This document shows, in pieces, positions 12,308-25,873 of a DNA stretch of 64,000 bases (within the stretch, counting starts at the first letter, position 1; every line of letters begins with the position of its first letter). The DNA is from Gemmatimonadota bacterium (GTDB taxonomy: Bacteria; Gemmatimonadota; Gemmatimonadetes; Gemmatimonadales; GWC2-71-9): the NCBI GenBank assembly GCA_003222195.1, contig QHVB01000034.1, positions 12,974 through 76,973 of the forward strand, in the 5' to 3' direction. Both the position numbers and the translations under genes were made by a program. The notes under the pieces are model-generated. The model was not told the DNA's origin. It saw only the letters and a program-made list of their open reading frames with translations, and ran no database searches.

Positions 12308-13626
12308 GTGCGTTCTGCCTTGCGCTCACGCGAGAGTACATGGCGCGTATCCACCGTCGCGCGCGCATGTCGCTTCACCGCCGCGTAGTCGACCGCGTTG
12401 TGATCGGTGATGATCATGACGCAATCGGCCGCGCGGAGCGTTTCGGGCGTCAGCGCCACGGAGTTGAGCGCAATGCCGTCGTCCTTGAGAACCGACACAT
12501 GCGGGTCGTGGTAGGACACTTGCGCGCCGCGGTGCTGGAGCAGCCGGATCACATCGAGGGCCGGACTCTCGCGGATGTCGTCGACGTTTTTCTTGTACGC
12601 GACACCCAGCAACAGCACGCGACTGCCGCGCACCGCCTTCCCCTGGTCGTTCAGCGCGTCGACCACCTTCGCCACCCAGAATTCCGGCATTTCCGCGTTG
12701 AGCTCACCGGCGAGCTCGATGAAGCGCGTCTTGTAATTGAGCGTGCGCATCTTCCACGCGAGATAATGCGGGTCGAGTGGGATACAGTGCCCGCCGACGC
12801 CCGGTCCCGGCGTGAATTTCATGAACCCAAAGGGCTTCGTGGCCGCCGCATCGATGACTTCCCACACGTCCACGCCGAGTTTGTCGCACACGATCGCCAT
12901 TTCGTTGACGAGCCCGATGTTGACGCTGCGGAACGTGTTCTCGAGGATCTTCACGAGCTCGGCCGCCTCCGGCGAGGAGACCGGGACCAGCGTATCGATG
13001 GCCGGTTGATACAGCGCCAGCGCCACCTTCAGGCAGTTCGGCGTGATGCCGCCGACGACCTTGGGGGTGTTGCGGGTATTGAACCGCTCGTTGCCCGGGT
13101 CCACGCGCTCCGGCGAAAACGCGAGGAAAAAGTCCTCACCCACCTTCAGGCCCGTCGACTCGAGCGCCGGCAGCATCAGCTCGCGCGTGGTGCCGGGATA
13201 TGTGGTGGACTCGAGCACCACGAGCTGGCCCTTGCGGAGCGCGCGTTTCACCGACTCCGTCGCCGCGAGCACGTAGCTCACGTCGGGATCTTTGGTCTTC
13301 GATAGCGGCGTCGGCACGCTGATGGAGATGACGTCCGGGTCTTTGAGCCGGGTCAGGTCGGCCGTCGCCGAGAATTTCTTGGCTTGCACCGCGTTAGCGA
13401 CCGTCGCGGCCGGGACGTCCTGGATATGCGAGCGGCCCGCGTTGAGCGAATCGACGACCCGCGGGTTCACGTCGACGCCGAGGACCCGGTAGCCGGCACG
13501 GACCAGCTCCATCGCGAGCGGCAGTCCGACGTAGCCGAGGCCGACGACGCCAAAGAGGGCGGTACGGTCCTTCCCTTTCGCGAGAAGGGTGTCGACCATG
13601 GCTGGTGCTGCGGCAGTCGCGGTCAT
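12304..13626 (-). CDS. UDP-N-acetylhexosamine 6-dehydrogenase (WbpA/WecC-like nucleotide-sugar dehydrogenase)
   Basis: VVGLGYVGLPLA Rossmann motif, GVGGHCIPLDP catalytic Cys. Context with WbpB/E/D-like genes. Confidence 0.8.
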   Translation of the reverse strand: MTATAAAPAMVDTLLAKGKDRTALFGVVGLGYVGLPLAMELVRAGYRVLGVDVNPRVVDSLNAGRSHIQDVPAATVANAVQAKKFSATADLTRLKDPDVISISVPTPLSKTKDPDVSYVLAATESVKRALRKGQLVVLESTTYPGTTRELMLPALESTGLKVGEDFFLAFSPERVDPGNERFNTRNTPKVVGGITPNCLKVALALYQPAIDTLVPVSSPEAAELVKILENTFRSVNIGLVNEMAIVCDKLGVDVWEVIDAAATKPFGFMKFTPGPGVGGHCIPLDPHYLAWKMRTLNYKTRFIELAGELNAEMPEFWVAKVVDALNDQGKAVRGSRVLLLGVAYKKNVDDIRESPALDVIRLLQHRGAQVSYHDPHVSVLKDDGIALNSVALTPETLRAADCVMIITDHNAVDYAAVKRHARATVDTRHVLSRERKAERT

Positions 13627-14627
13627 GGTGTCTCCGGAGTGCCGCCGCGTGCCAATGAGCGGGAGGCGGCTTCGAGCACGCGGACGACGCGCACGCCGTC
13701 CTCAGCGCTCGCGCGCGGCGCTTCAAGACCCTGTGCGGCCCGAACGAAATGCGCCAGCTCGGCCGCCAACGGTTCCACGGTGGGAATACGGGGGATGAAA
13801 ATGTCGCCCTCGCGAATCGCCAGGCTCTCGCCGAACGACCCGTACTCGGGCGGACGGTCCACGCCCTTATCGTAGATCCGCAACTTCTCGCGCGGCTCCA
13901 TGTCGTCGAAGACTACCATCTTCTTGGCGCCTACCACGGTGAGTTTCCGTTCTTTATGGGGATCGAGCCACGACATCTGGACGTGCGCAAGCACGCCGCT
14001 TGCGAACTCCATGGTGAGAAACACGACATCCTCGATGGCGGGTTGCAAGTAGCTCTTGCCGTGGGCAGCGACGCGTACGGGTTGTTCACCAAGCAAGTAG
14101 AGTGCCACTGAAACGTCATGTGGTCCAAAGCTCCAGAGCGCGTTTTCGTCCTTGCGAACCTGCCCCAGGTTCACGCGGAGGCCATAGAGATAGAATACCT
14201 TGCCCAGCTCGCCTGTCTGGACGAGCTCGCGGAGCCGTTGGACGGCCGGGTGATAGACGAGGAGGTGGCCGGCGAGTACCGGGATGCCCCGCTGAGCGGC
14301 CTGCCTGGCCACGGCCTCGGCATCGCGTACACTGAGGGCAAACGGCTTCTCGACCAGCACCGGCTTGCCCGCCTCCAGCACCTGTTGGGCGACGGCTGCA
14401 TGGGTTGTGGCTGGGGAAGCCACGATCACGGCGTCCACGACGCCGAGCAGCGCGGGCACGTCGCCCGTCACGAGGGCGCCCGGGTATTGCCGCGACAGTC
14501 GCTCTCGCACTTTCTGGTCGGTGTCGCAGACCGCCGCAAGCTCGCCTTCGGCCAAGCCGGCGACCGTGCGGACGTGATTGCGCCCCCAGGCGCCAGCGCC
14601 GATTACGCCGATCTTCAGCCGCTTCAC
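13623..14627 (-). CDS. Gfo/Idh/MocA oxidoreductase (WbpB-like 3-dehydrogenase)
   Basis: KIGVIGAGAWGRNH N-terminal Rossmann motif, EKP motif (VLVEKPFA). 4-nt overlaps with neighbours. Confidence 0.75.
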   Translation of the reverse strand: MKRLKIGVIGAGAWGRNHVRTVAGLAEGELAAVCDTDQKVRERLSRQYPGALVTGDVPALLGVVDAVIVASPATTHAAVAQQVLEAGKPVLVEKPFALSVRDAEAVARQAAQRGIPVLAGHLLVYHPAVQRLRELVQTGELGKVFYLYGLRVNLGQVRKDENALWSFGPHDVSVALYLLGEQPVRVAAHGKSYLQPAIEDVVFLTMEFASGVLAHVQMSWLDPHKERKLTVVGAKKMVVFDDMEPREKLRIYDKGVDRPPEYGSFGESLAIREGDIFIPRIPTVEPLAAELAHFVRAAQGLEAPRASAEDGVRVVRVLEAASRSLARGGTPETP

Positions 14628-15739
14628 CGATAGAATCCGTGGATCGCATCGACCACCCGATCGAGCTGCGCGCGGGTCAGTTCGGGGTAGATGGGGAGCG
14701 AAATCGCTTCACGCGACGCCTGCTCTGCCTGGGGCAGGCTGCCTTCCTGAAGGCCTAAGTGCTCAAAACAGGGCTGGCGGTGAAGCGGGACCGGGTAGTA
14801 GACGGCGTGGCCGATCCCTTCCTTCTTCAAATGCGTCTGGAGCTCGTCGCGGCGCTCCGCCCGGAGCGTGTACTGGTGAAAGATGTGCTCGTTCGCAGGA
14901 TCCACCACCGGTGGCTTGACCTGCGGGACTTCGGCCAGCGCCTTCGTATAGTAGGCAGCGTGCTCGCGCCGCTTCGCCGACCAGGCGGCCAAATGCGGCA
15001 GCTTGGCGAGCAGAATGGCGGCCTGGAGCGAGTCCAGGCGGGAGTTGGTGCCGACTTCCTCATGGTGGTATTGCTTGGCACCACCATGCAGGCGCAGCTT
15101 CTTGAGTCGCTCTGCGGCGGCGTCGTCCGAGGTGACCATCATGCCGCCGTCGCCCCAGGCGCCCAGATTCTTGCTCGGGAAGAACGAGTAGCCCGTCACC
15201 CATCCGAGCTCACCCGCCATCCGCCACTCGCCATCCATCTTGCGCCGCGCCCCGATCGCTTGCGCGGCGTCTTCGATCAGCTTCAGGCCTCTGGCCCGCG
15301 CGATGGACATCAGCTCGAGCATATCGGCCATCTGGCCGTAGAGGTGCACAGGCAGGATCGCGCGGGTACGCGACGTGATCGCGCGCTTCACCGCCGCGGG
15401 ATCGATGTTGAACGTATCGGGCTGAATGTCGACGAACACGGGCTTGCCGCCGGCATTATGAATCGTCCCCGCCGTCGCAAAGAAGGTGAACGGCGTCGTG
15501 ATGACTTCGTCACCCGGCTTTAGGTTGAGCGCCTTGAGCGGCAGCAGCAGCGCGTCCGTCCCGCTCGCGCAGCCGATCCCATGCTTGGCGTGCGACAGCC
15601 GCGCAATCTCTGACTCGAGCCGCGGCACGGTAGGGCCCATGATGAAATGCTGGGTCTCGATGACCTCCATCATCGCAGGGAGCACATCGTCCTTGATCGC
15701 ATGGTATTGAGCGACCAAATCGAGCAGCGGGACGTTCAT
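14624..15739 (-). CDS. DegT/DnrJ/EryC1-family PLP aminotransferase (WbpE-like)
   Basis: [19 protein letters not shown] start (ATGA overlap with the upstream stop). [14 protein letters not shown] carries the PLP-lysine motif. Confidence 0.85.
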   Translation of the reverse strand: MNVPLLDLVAQYHAIKDDVLPAMMEVIETQHFIMGPTVPRLESEIARLSHAKHGIGCASGTDALLLPLKALNLKPGDEVITTPFTFFATAGTIHNAGGKPVFVDIQPDTFNIDPAAVKRAITSRTRAILPVHLYGQMADMLELMSIARARGLKLIEDAAQAIGARRKMDGEWRMAGELGWVTGYSFFPSKNLGAWGDGGMMVTSDDAAAERLKKLRLHGGAKQYHHEEVGTNSRLDSLQAAILLAKLPHLAAWSAKRREHAAYYTKALAEVPQVKPPVVDPANEHIFHQYTLRAERRDELQTHLKKEGIGHAVYYPVPLHRQPCFEHLGLQEGSLPQAEQASREAISLPIYPELTRAQLDRVVDAIHGFYR

Positions 15740-16341
15740 GAAGCACCTACGCGTGATGGAGTGACCTGGCGCAACGCGCCGCCGGTTTCCGTGTAACTCG
15801 CGCCGCAGCGCGCGCACGTGGCGTGCCCGCCGGTCGGATGTAGCCGCTCACCGCACTGGCACATCCATCCCACGCGTCGGGCGGGAACGCCGACCATGAG
15901 ACCGTATGCCGGAACATCAGAGGTCACGACCGCACCGGCGCCGATGAACGCGTATTCGCCCAGCGTGACGCCGCAGACGATCGTGGCGTTCGCGCCGATC
16001 GAGCCGCCCCGCTTCACGACCGTACGCCGGTACTCGTTCTTGCGCGACACGTGGCTGCGGGGATTCATGACGTTGGTGAACACGCACGAGGGGCCGCAGA
16101 AGACGTCGTCTTCCAGCTCGACGCCTTCGTAGATCGAAACGTTGTTCTGAATCTTCACGTTGTTGCCGATCTTCGTTCCAGGCATGACGACGACGTTCTG
16201 GCCGAGATTGCACCGCTCGCCGATTACCGCCCCGGGCATCACATGTGAGAAGTGCCAGATCTTGGTGCCGTTCCCGATGACCGCACCATCGTCGACGTAG
16301 CTGGACTCGTGCGCGAAATAGTTTAGCCGATGATCTTGCAC
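15736..16341 (-). CDS. Hexapeptide-repeat N-acetyltransferase (WbpD-like)
   Basis: [27 protein letters not shown]... left-handed beta-helix repeats. There is no ATG, so GTG at 16341 was chosen (19-nt overlap with the murB 3' end). Start is uncertain. Confidence 0.75.
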   Translation of the reverse strand: MQDHRLNYFAHESSYVDDGAVIGNGTKIWHFSHVMPGAVIGERCNLGQNVVVMPGTKIGNNVKIQNNVSIYEGVELEDDVFCGPSCVFTNVMNPRSHVSRKNEYRRTVVKRGGSIGANATIVCGVTLGEYAFIGAGAVVTSDVPAYGLMVGVPARRVGWMCQCGERLHPTGGHATCARCGASYTETGGALRQVTPSRVGAS

Positions 16342-17321
16342 TCGAGCTCCAGTGTGACACCGGTCTTTTTGGCGACCGTCTTGCGGAGGTGATCGATCAC
16401 CTTGAGCACGTCGTTCGCCGTCGCCGTGCCCTTGTTGATGATGTAGTTCGCGTGGAGCGTGGACACCTGCGCGCCGCCGATGGTGAAGCCCTTGAGCCCG
16501 CACTCGTCGATGAGCATGCCGGCCGTCTTGGTGCTGCCACTGGGATTGGTGAACGTCGAGCCGCAGCACGGCTGATCGAACGGGGTCCCCGCCTTGCGCC
16601 AGCGGAACAGCTTCGCCTGCAGCTCCTTCAGCTTGGCCGGCGACTCCTCACCCAGCACCAGCTTCGCTTCGAGGACGATGCCCTCGATATTGCTCGCGCG
16701 ATACTTGAACGAGATCTGTTTGCGCGAGAGCTGCTTGACCTTGCCCCGCGGATCCATCACGGTCACTTCCGTCACGATCTCCGCAAACTCGGCGCCATGG
16801 CAGCCTGCGTTCATGTAGATGCCGCCGCCCACGGTGCCGGGGATTCCGATGAACCGCTCGACGCCGACAAACCCGGCTTCGGCCGTGCGCCGCGCCAAGA
16901 TAGGCGTCGGCATCCCCGCGCCGACGATCGCAGTCGCGCCCTTCATCTCGAAGCGGTCGAGTCCCTTCCCCATCCGAATCACGACGCCGGGGAAGCCCCC
17001 ATCTTTGACGAGGACGTTGGAGCCCAGACCCAGCACGATCCAGGGAAGGCCACGCTCCTGGGCCAGCTCCAGCGCGCGGACCACGTCCTCGCTGTCGGCC
17101 GGCAGCGCGAGGTAGCGGGCCGGGCCGCCGAGGCGCCACGTGGTGTAGCGGGACAGCGGCTCATTCTCGAGCAGCTTGCCGCGGAATTTGATCCTGGGCG
17201 CAGGCGGCGGCGCAGGCGCAACCGCCTTCGCCTTGGGTTTGGCGACCGTCTTGGCTACGCGTTTGCCGCGGCTATTTGCCCGCCGGTCGTCGACTTTTCG
17301 CCGTTCGCTCTTTCGTGCCAT
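16323..17321 (-). CDS. murB: UDP-N-acetylenolpyruvoylglucosamine reductase with Lys/Ala/Pro-rich N-terminal extension
   Basis: [19 protein letters not shown]-binding domain, GSTFTNP C-terminal motif. The start at 17321 overlaps the carB tail by 67 nt. Confidence 0.85.
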   Translation of the reverse strand: MARKSERRKVDDRRANSRGKRVAKTVAKPKAKAVAPAPPPAPRIKFRGKLLENEPLSRYTTWRLGGPARYLALPADSEDVVRALELAQERGLPWIVLGLGSNVLVKDGGFPGVVIRMGKGLDRFEMKGATAIVGAGMPTPILARRTAEAGFVGVERFIGIPGTVGGGIYMNAGCHGAEFAEIVTEVTVMDPRGKVKQLSRKQISFKYRASNIEGIVLEAKLVLGEESPAKLKELQAKLFRWRKAGTPFDQPCCGSTFTNPSGSTKTAGMLIDECGLKGFTIGGAQVSTLHANYIINKGTATANDVLKVIDHLRKTVAKKTGVTLELECKIIG

Positions 17322-20300
17322 TCCTGTAAGCTCCTGACGCTCCCGGTTCGGCTGCGGAGCGCAATGATCGCATCACACGCGGCACTCGCCGCGGACATGG
17401 TCGTCGTGTACGGCACCCGGTGCACCAGCGCGGCGCGCCGGATAGCGTAGTCATCAGCCTGCGTGAACTTCCCGAGCGGCGTGTTGATCAACAGCTGCAC
17501 CTCGCCCGACACGATCAGATCGATCGCGTTGGGACGCCCCTCGTGCACTTTCAGCACGCGCTCCGCCGGAACGCCACGGCCCCGGAGATACCGCTCGGTC
17601 CCCTCGGTCGCCAGGATCCGGAATCCCAGCTCGTGGAAGCGACGGGCGATCGGCAAGACCGTCGGTTTGTCGTGGTCATTCACCGTCACGAAGATCGTGC
17701 CCGCGAGCGGCAGGCTGCCTTCCGCGGCAATCTGCGCCTTAGCGAACGCCATGCCGAAGCTGTCGGCCAAACCCATCGCTTCGCCCGTAGACCGCATTTC
17801 CGGCCCCAACACGGTATCCACGCCGGGGAGCTTCGTGAAGGGGAACACCGCCTCTTTGACCGCCACCCCGGCGACGGGAAGCTCATCGGGAAGACCCAAA
17901 TCGTCCAGTGTCCGCCCCGAGATAACCGCTGCCGCCAGCTTCGCCAGGGGCACCCCGGTAGCCTTGCTGACGAACGGAACGGTCCGCGAGGCCCGCGGAT
18001 TGACCTCCAGCACGTACACCACCCCGTTCTTGATCGCATACTGGACATTCATCAGGCCGATGACGTTCAGCGCCCTGGCAAAGGCCTGGGTATGACGGCG
18101 CATCTCCTCCACCTGGCGGTCCCCGATCAGATAGGGCGGGAGGACACAGGCCGAGTCGCCAGAGTGGACGCCGGCGTCCTCGATGTGCTGCATCACGCCG
18201 CCGATCACACAGCGTGTGCCGTCTGCGATCGCGTCGACGTCGGCTTCGAAGGCGTCCTCCAAAAACCGGTCGATGAGCACCGGATGCTCCGGGGCGACGC
18301 GTGCGGCCTTGACGAAGTAATCGCGCAGCGAGTCGTCGTCGTACACGATCTCCATCGCCCGGCCGCCCAGCACGTAGGATGGCCGCACCAGGACGGGATA
18401 GCCGATGCGCTGCGCGACCGCGACGGCCTCCTCCACCGAGCGTGCGATGCCATTGGGCGGCTGCGTGACGCCCAGCTTGTCGGCGAGCGCTTCGAAGCGC
18501 TCGCGGTCTTCGGCGATGTCGATGGCGTCGGGCGACGTACCGAGCACGGTGACGCCGGCGGCGTCGAGCGGCTTGGTGAGCTGCAGCGGCGTCTGACCGC
18601 CGAGCTGCACGACGACGCCCTTGGGACGCTCCCAGCGGGTGATCTCGAGCACGTCTTCGAACGTGAGCGGCTCGAAGTACAGCTTGTCGGAGATATCGAA
18701 GTCGGTCGAGACCGTCTCGGGATTCGAGTTGATCATGATCGTCTTGAACCCGAGCTCGCGGAACGCCAACCCGGCCCGCACGCAGCAGTAATCGAACTCG
18801 ACGCCCTGGCCGATGCGGTTCGGCCCGCTGCCAAGAATCACGATGCCCTGCTCGCCGAACGGCTCGGACTCGTTCTCTTCGTCATAGGACGAATAGAGAT
18901 ACGGCGTCGTGGACGGGAATTCTCCGGCGCAGGTATCGACCGTCTTGTAGGCGGGATGAATCCCGAGGCTCCAGCGCTGGTCCCGAATGGCGGACTCGGT
19001 CGTGTTGCGCAGCGCGGCGAGCTGCCGGTCCGAGAATCCCAGCCGCTTCATCTGCTTCAGCTCGGCACGGCCGACGGTGGCGAGCGCGCTGAACCACCGC
19101 TCCGCAGCGACCAGCTCCTCGAGCTGATAGAGGAACCACGGATCGATGTCTGAGGCGTGCGCAATGTCATCCACCGTCAGCCCGGCGAGGAAGGCGCGTT
19201 TGATCTGGAAGATTCGCTCCGGCGTCGCGGTCCGCAGTGCGACGCGGAGATCGTCCGGCGACGTGCTGGTGAGCCGGTCGTCCGCGGGCGTCGCGCCGAG
19301 GACCCAGCCGGGCCGGCCGATTTCGAGCGCCCGGAGGCCCTTCTGGAACGCCTCTTTGAACGTGCGACCGATGGCCATCGCTTCGCCGACGGATTTCATC
19401 TGCGTCGTGAGCCGGTAGTCGGCCGTCGGGAACTTCTCGAACGCGAACCGCGGCACTTTCACCACGACGTAGTCGAGCACGGGCTCGAACGACGCCGGCG
19501 TCGTGCGCGTGATGTCGTTGGGGAGCTCGTCGAGCGTGTAGCCCACGGCGAGCTTGGTGCCGATGCGCGCGATGGGGAAGCCGGTGGCCTTGGAGGCAAG
19601 CGCGGACGAGCGTGAGACGCGTGGGTTCATCTCGATCACCAGCATCTCGCCGTCGGCCGGATTGACGGCGAACTGGATGTTGCAGCCGCCCGCTTCGACG
19701 CCGATCTCGCGGATGATCGCGATGGCGGCGTCCCGCATGCGCTGATATTCCCGGTCGGTGAGCGTCATCGCGGGCGCGACCGTGATCGAGTCGCCGGTGT
19801 GCACGCCCATCGGATCGAGGTTCTCGATCGAGCAGACGATCACGACGTTGTCGCGCCTGTCACGCATCACCTCGAGCTCGAACTCTTTCCAGCCGAGCAC
19901 GCTGTGCTCGATCAGCGTCGAATGCACGGGCGACAACTCCAGCGCCCGCTCGACCAGCTCCTCGAACTCGGCGCGGTTGTAGGCGACACCGCCGCCCGTG
20001 CCGCCGAGCGTGTACGACGGACGGATGATCGCGGGGTAACCGAGGTCCTGGACCACCTCAAGGGCTGCGGCGACGGACGTCACCGTGCGGCCCGCCGGCG
20101 TCGCGAGACCGATGCGTTTCATCGCGGCGCTGAACTCCGCGCGATCCTCGGCCATGCGGATGGCGCGCGCGTTGGCGCCGATCAGCTCGACCTTGTGCTT
20201 CTTGAGCGTGCCGTCGTTGGCGAGCGCCATCGCCACGTTCAGGGCCGTCTGGCCGCCCATCGTCGGCAACAGCGCGTCCGGCTTCTCGCGCTCGATGACT

Positions 20301-20510
20301 TTGCGCACCCAGTCGGGCGTGACCGGTTCGATGTACGTGCGGTCGGCCAGCTCGGGGTCTGTCATGATCGTCGCAGGATTCGAGTTCACCAGGATGACGG
20401 TGTAGCCCTCCTCTTTGAGGGCCTTCACGGCCTGCGTTCCCGAGTAGTCGAACTCCGCGGCCTGGCCGATGACGATCGGCCCCGAGCCGAGCAGCAGGAT
20501 GCGTGCGAGA

Positions 20511-20527
<17 letters not shown>
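17255..20527 (-). CDS. carB: Carbamoyl-phosphate synthase large subunit
   Basis: [33 protein letters not shown]. Duplicated ATP-grasp halves, about 1090 aa. The ORF-track N-terminal extension is rejected. Confidence 0.97.
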
Positions 20528-22483
<1,956 letters not shown>

Positions 22484-22485
22484 CT

Positions 22486-22677
22486 ATGGCTCGAGTGTGT
22501 GAAATTTGTGGCAAAGGTCCCATCACGGGACATAACGTCAGCCACGCGAACAACAAGACGCCCCGGCGCTGGTACCCCAACCTACAGCGCGTCCGCGTCG
22601 TGGTGAACGGCGTCGTCCGCCGAATCCGCGTCTGCACGCAGTGCATCAAATCGAATCGAGTCGCGAAAGCGTCATAA
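22486..22677 (+). CDS. rpmB: 50S ribosomal protein L28
   Basis: [34 protein letters not shown]. Internal ATG of ORF 22468..22677. Confidence 0.9.
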   Translation: MARVCEICGKGPITGHNVSHANNKTPRRWYPNLQRVRVVVNGVVRRIRVCTQCIKSNRVAKAS

Positions 22678-22693
22678 CCGTCGGGCTGCTCAA

Positions 22694-22727
22694 GAAAAAA
22701 GGGACCCGTCCGGGTCCCTTTCTTATT
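22694..22727. terminator. Bidirectional intrinsic terminator between rpmB and rplQ
   Basis: aaaaaagggacccgtccgggtccctttcttatt: GC hairpin (22701-22718) flanked by an A-run and a T-run, in a convergent gap. Confidence 0.85.
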
Positions 22728-22743
22728 TCGGCTCGGCGCCCGG

Positions 22744-23100
22744 TCACTCAGCGAGCAGCTCGATGCGGGCCACGTCGGCGCCGTCGCCGACGCGATGGCC
22801 CAGCTTCACGATGCGCGTGTAGCCTCCCGGCCGCGCCGCAAACCGCTTCCCGATTTCGGCGAACAGCTTGGTCGTGACCGCCTTATCCTTGAGCCGCCGC
22901 TCCACCAGCCGGCGGGCGTGCAAATCGCCGCGCCGCGCCAGCGTGATGAGCCGCTCCGCGAACGGACGCAGCTCCTTCGCCTTCGCCTCGGTGGTCTGAA
23001 TCCCGCCGTGCTCGAACAGGCTCGTCGCCATGTTGTTCAGCGTCGCCTTCTTGTGGCTCGACGTGCGCGACAGTTGGCGGCCTTTGGCGCGGTGCCGCAT
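22744..23100 (-). CDS. rplQ: 50S ribosomal protein L17
   Basis: [37 protein letters not shown]. Confidence 0.95.
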   Translation of the reverse strand: MRHRAKGRQLSRTSSHKKATLNNMATSLFEHGGIQTTEAKAKELRPFAERLITLARRGDLHARRLVERRLKDKAVTTKLFAEIGKRFAARPGGYTRIVKLGHRVGDGADVARIELLAE

Positions 23101-24161
23101 TACTCTTCCTCGGTTCCCGTCAGCTGCGCTTGCGGCGCGGTGCCCGGATCGATGACGCGAATCTCACCGCCCGGCGTCTCCTCGAGCTGCATCCCGAAGT
23201 TCAGGCCCTCCCGGCGCAGCAGCTCCGCGATTTCCCCCAGCGCCTTCTCGCCCACGTTCTTCACCTTCAGCAGATCGTCTTCCTTGTAGCGGACGAGATC
23301 GCCCAGGGTGCGGATGTTGGAATTCTTGAGGGAATTCACGGATCGCACCGACAGCCCAGCGTCGTCGATCGCGCGGCTCAGCACGTCTCGCAGCCGCCCG
23401 CCTTCGGTCCCGCCATTGCCGGCGGGCTCGCCCGGCACGATTGGCACCTTGCCGAAATCGACGAAGAAGCGGAAGTGCTCCTGCGCGAGCGCGGCGGCGT
23501 ACGCGACCGCGTCCTCGGGAGAGATCGTGCCATTGGTCTCGACGGTCAGCGTCAGGCGATCGTAGTCGGTGCGCTGGCCGACACGCGTCTCCGCCACCGT
23601 GAAGTTGGCGCGGCGCACCGGATTGTAGATCGAATCCACGCGCACGACGTCCACCGCGAGGGTCCGATCGACCGGATGCTGCTCGGCCTCGACGTAGCCG
23701 CGGCCCTTGTTCACGTACAGCTCGCCCGAGATGTCGCGGTCGTCCTGCACAGTGAACAGCAGCTGGTCGGGGTTGACGATCGTCACCGAGCCATGCTGTT
23801 CGAGGTCGCGCGCGTACACGGGACCTGCCTTCTCCACCTTGAAGCGCAGTACGGCCTCGTCCACCTCAGGCGCGAGCACGAGCGTCAGCTGCTTCAGGCG
23901 CTGGATGATCTGATGCACGTCCTCGACGACGCCCGGGATCGTCTGATGCTCGTGGACCACCCCGTCGATGCGGAACGCCCAGACCGCGGCGCCACGCAGC
24001 GAGGAGAGCAGCAGCCGGCGCAGCGAATTGCCCAACGTATAGCCGTAGCCCCGCTCCAGCGGCTGGAGCCGGAACTCGGCGGAATTCGGGTTGTCCTCGC
24101 GCTTGGTCATTTCGACCAGATGCGGCCGGACCAACCCCGTCAAATCAAGAGTCGTAATCAC
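23100..24161 (-). CDS. rpoA: DNA-directed RNA polymerase alpha subunit
   Basis: N-terminal dimerisation domain ([17 protein letters not shown]) and C-terminal domain ([21 protein letters not shown]). Confidence 0.97.
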   Translation of the reverse strand: MITTLDLTGLVRPHLVEMTKREDNPNSAEFRLQPLERGYGYTLGNSLRRLLLSSLRGAAVWAFRIDGVVHEHQTIPGVVEDVHQIIQRLKQLTLVLAPEVDEAVLRFKVEKAGPVYARDLEQHGSVTIVNPDQLLFTVQDDRDISGELYVNKGRGYVEAEQHPVDRTLAVDVVRVDSIYNPVRRANFTVAETRVGQRTDYDRLTLTVETNGTISPEDAVAYAAALAQEHFRFFVDFGKVPIVPGEPAGNGGTEGGRLRDVLSRAIDDAGLSVRSVNSLKNSNIRTLGDLVRYKEDDLLKVKNVGEKALGEIAELLRREGLNFGMQLEETPGGEIRVIDPGTAPQAQLTGTEEE

Positions 24162-24793
24162 TTGGAATAGAGCTCGACGATTAACTGTTCTTGTGCCGCA
24201 AGCGGGATGGCGTCGCGGGTTGGCCGCTCGGTCACCTTGCCCAGCACTTTGTCAGTGTCCACCTGGATCCACGAAACCGGTTGTCCACGCCCGAACTGCT
24301 CGAGCGCAACCTTCACCTGCACGAGCTCACGGCTCGCATCGGCGACCCTCACTTCGTCCCCGACCAACACGCGGTAGGAGGGAATGTCCACGGTGCGGCC
24401 GTTGACGAGGATGTGGCGATGCCGGACGAGCTGCCGCGCCTGCTTGCGCGAGGTCGCAAAGCCCATGCGGTACACCAAATTGTCCAGCCTGCTCTCGAGG
24501 GCCACGAGCAGCGCTTCGCCCGTTACGCCTGGCTCCTTGATCGCCCGCTCGAACAGGTTGCGGAACTGGCGCTCGGAGAGGCCGTAGATCCGCTTCACTT
24601 TCTGCTTTTCGCGCAGCTGCTTCGCGTACTCCGACGCCTTGCGGCGCCGTCCGGTCGACTGGCCATGCTGCCCCGGCGCGTATGCGCGACGCTCGACGGC
24701 GCATTTCTCCGTCAGGCAGCGCGTGCCCTTGAGAAACAGCTTGGTGCCTTCGCGCCGGCACAATCTGCAGACGGGTCCCGTGTAACGCGCCAT
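24158..24793 (-). CDS. rpsD: 30S ribosomal protein S4
   Basis: [23 protein letters not shown]. Confidence 0.97.
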   Translation of the reverse strand: MARYTGPVCRLCRREGTKLFLKGTRCLTEKCAVERRAYAPGQHGQSTGRRRKASEYAKQLREKQKVKRIYGLSERQFRNLFERAIKEPGVTGEALLVALESRLDNLVYRMGFATSRKQARQLVRHRHILVNGRTVDIPSYRVLVGDEVRVADASRELVQVKVALEQFGRGQPVSWIQVDTDKVLGKVTERPTRDAIPLAAQEQLIVELYSK

Positions 24794-24794
24794 G

Positions 24795-25265
24795 CTAGAC
24801 TCGCCGCTTCTTGGGCGGCCGGCACCCGTTGTGCGGAATCGGCGTCACGTCGCGGATCGAACGGATCTGCAGCCCGGCGCTCGCGAGCGCCTGAATCGCG
24901 GACTCGCGGCCAGAGCCGGGACCCTGCACGCGCACGTGCACGCGCTTCACGCCGAGGTTCAGCGCTTCCCGCGCCGCCTGCTCAGCCGCCACCGTCGCGG
25001 CGAAGGGCGTCGATTTCTTGGAGCCCTTGAAGCCGGCCTTGCCCGACGAGCCCCACGTGATCGCGTTGCCCTGTAGGTCGGTAATCGTGATGAGCGTGTT
25101 GTTGAACGTCGCGGTCACGTGCGCTATGCCCTCAGCTTCGACGACCTTCTTCGTGCGCTTAGCAGCGCCGGCGGCGCGAACCGGCGTCGGCTTCGCGTCC
25201 GGTTTTGCCTCGGGCTTGGCGTCGGGTTTGGCTTCTGCTTTCGCTTCTGGTTTGGCGTCCGCCAT
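24795..25265 (-). CDS. rpsK: 30S ribosomal protein S11 with about 35-aa (AKPE/D)n N-terminal extension
   Basis: [18 protein letters not shown]...[13 protein letters not shown]...[13 protein letters not shown]. The N-terminus is [26 protein letters not shown]. Confidence 0.95.
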   Translation of the reverse strand: MADAKPEAKAEAKPDAKPEAKPDAKPTPVRAAGAAKRTKKVVEAEGIAHVTATFNNTLITITDLQGNAITWGSSGKAGFKGSKKSTPFAATVAAEQAAREALNLGVKRVHVRVQGPGSGRESAIQALASAGLQIRSIRDVTPIPHNGCRPPKKRRV

Positions 25266-25271
25266 GTGCCT

Positions 25272-25655
25272 CTACTTTTTGAGGACGGGCTTTTTCTTGC
25301 CCGCGATCGCGCGCCGCGGCCCCTTCTTCGTGCGCGCATTGGTGTGCGTGCGCTGGCCGCGCACCGGCAGATTCTTGCGATGGCGCCCGCCGCGGTACGT
25401 CCCGATGTCCATCAACCGCTTGATGTTCATCGCGACCTCGGTCCGCAACGCGCCCTCGACTTTGTAGTCCCGCTCGATCACTTGCCGCAGCCGGGCGACT
25501 TCGGCGTCCCGCAAATCGCGCACGCGCGCGTCCGGGCTAATGCCCGTCTCCGCGAGAATCTTGACCGAATTGCTGGGACCGATGCCGAAGATGTACGGAA
25601 GTGCGTACTGGATTTTTTTGTCGCGCGGCAGATCCACGCCTGCAATACGTGCCAT
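25272..25655 (-). CDS. rpsM: 30S ribosomal protein S13
   Basis: [26 protein letters not shown]. Confidence 0.97.
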   Translation of the reverse strand: MARIAGVDLPRDKKIQYALPYIFGIGPSNSVKILAETGISPDARVRDLRDAEVARLRQVIERDYKVEGALRTEVAMNIKRLMDIGTYRGGRHRKNLPVRGQRTHTNARTKKGPRRAIAGKKKPVLKK

Positions 25656-25663
25656 GCCTCTCC

Positions 25664-25780
25664 CTAACCCTGCCGCTGTTTATGCTTGGGGTTGCGCTTG
25701 CAGATCACGCGAATCACGCCCCGGCGCGTCACGACTTTGCAGTGCTCGCAGATGGGGCGCACGCTCGAACGTACCTTCAA
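25664..25780 (-). CDS. rpmJ: 50S ribosomal protein L36
   Basis: Not in the ORF track (38 aa). TTG start at 25780. Translation (M)[37 protein letters not shown] with stop at 25664-25666. Confidence 0.9.
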   Translation of the reverse strand: MKVRSSVRPICEHCKVVTRRGVIRVICKRNPKHKQRQG

Positions 25781-25873
25781 CAGGCCTGCTCCGGAAAAGT
25801 GAAATATTTTCTGGCTGAGCCGTGAAGAATAGACGGGGTCCGAACTTCACGCAAGGGGCCGCACCACAATCAA

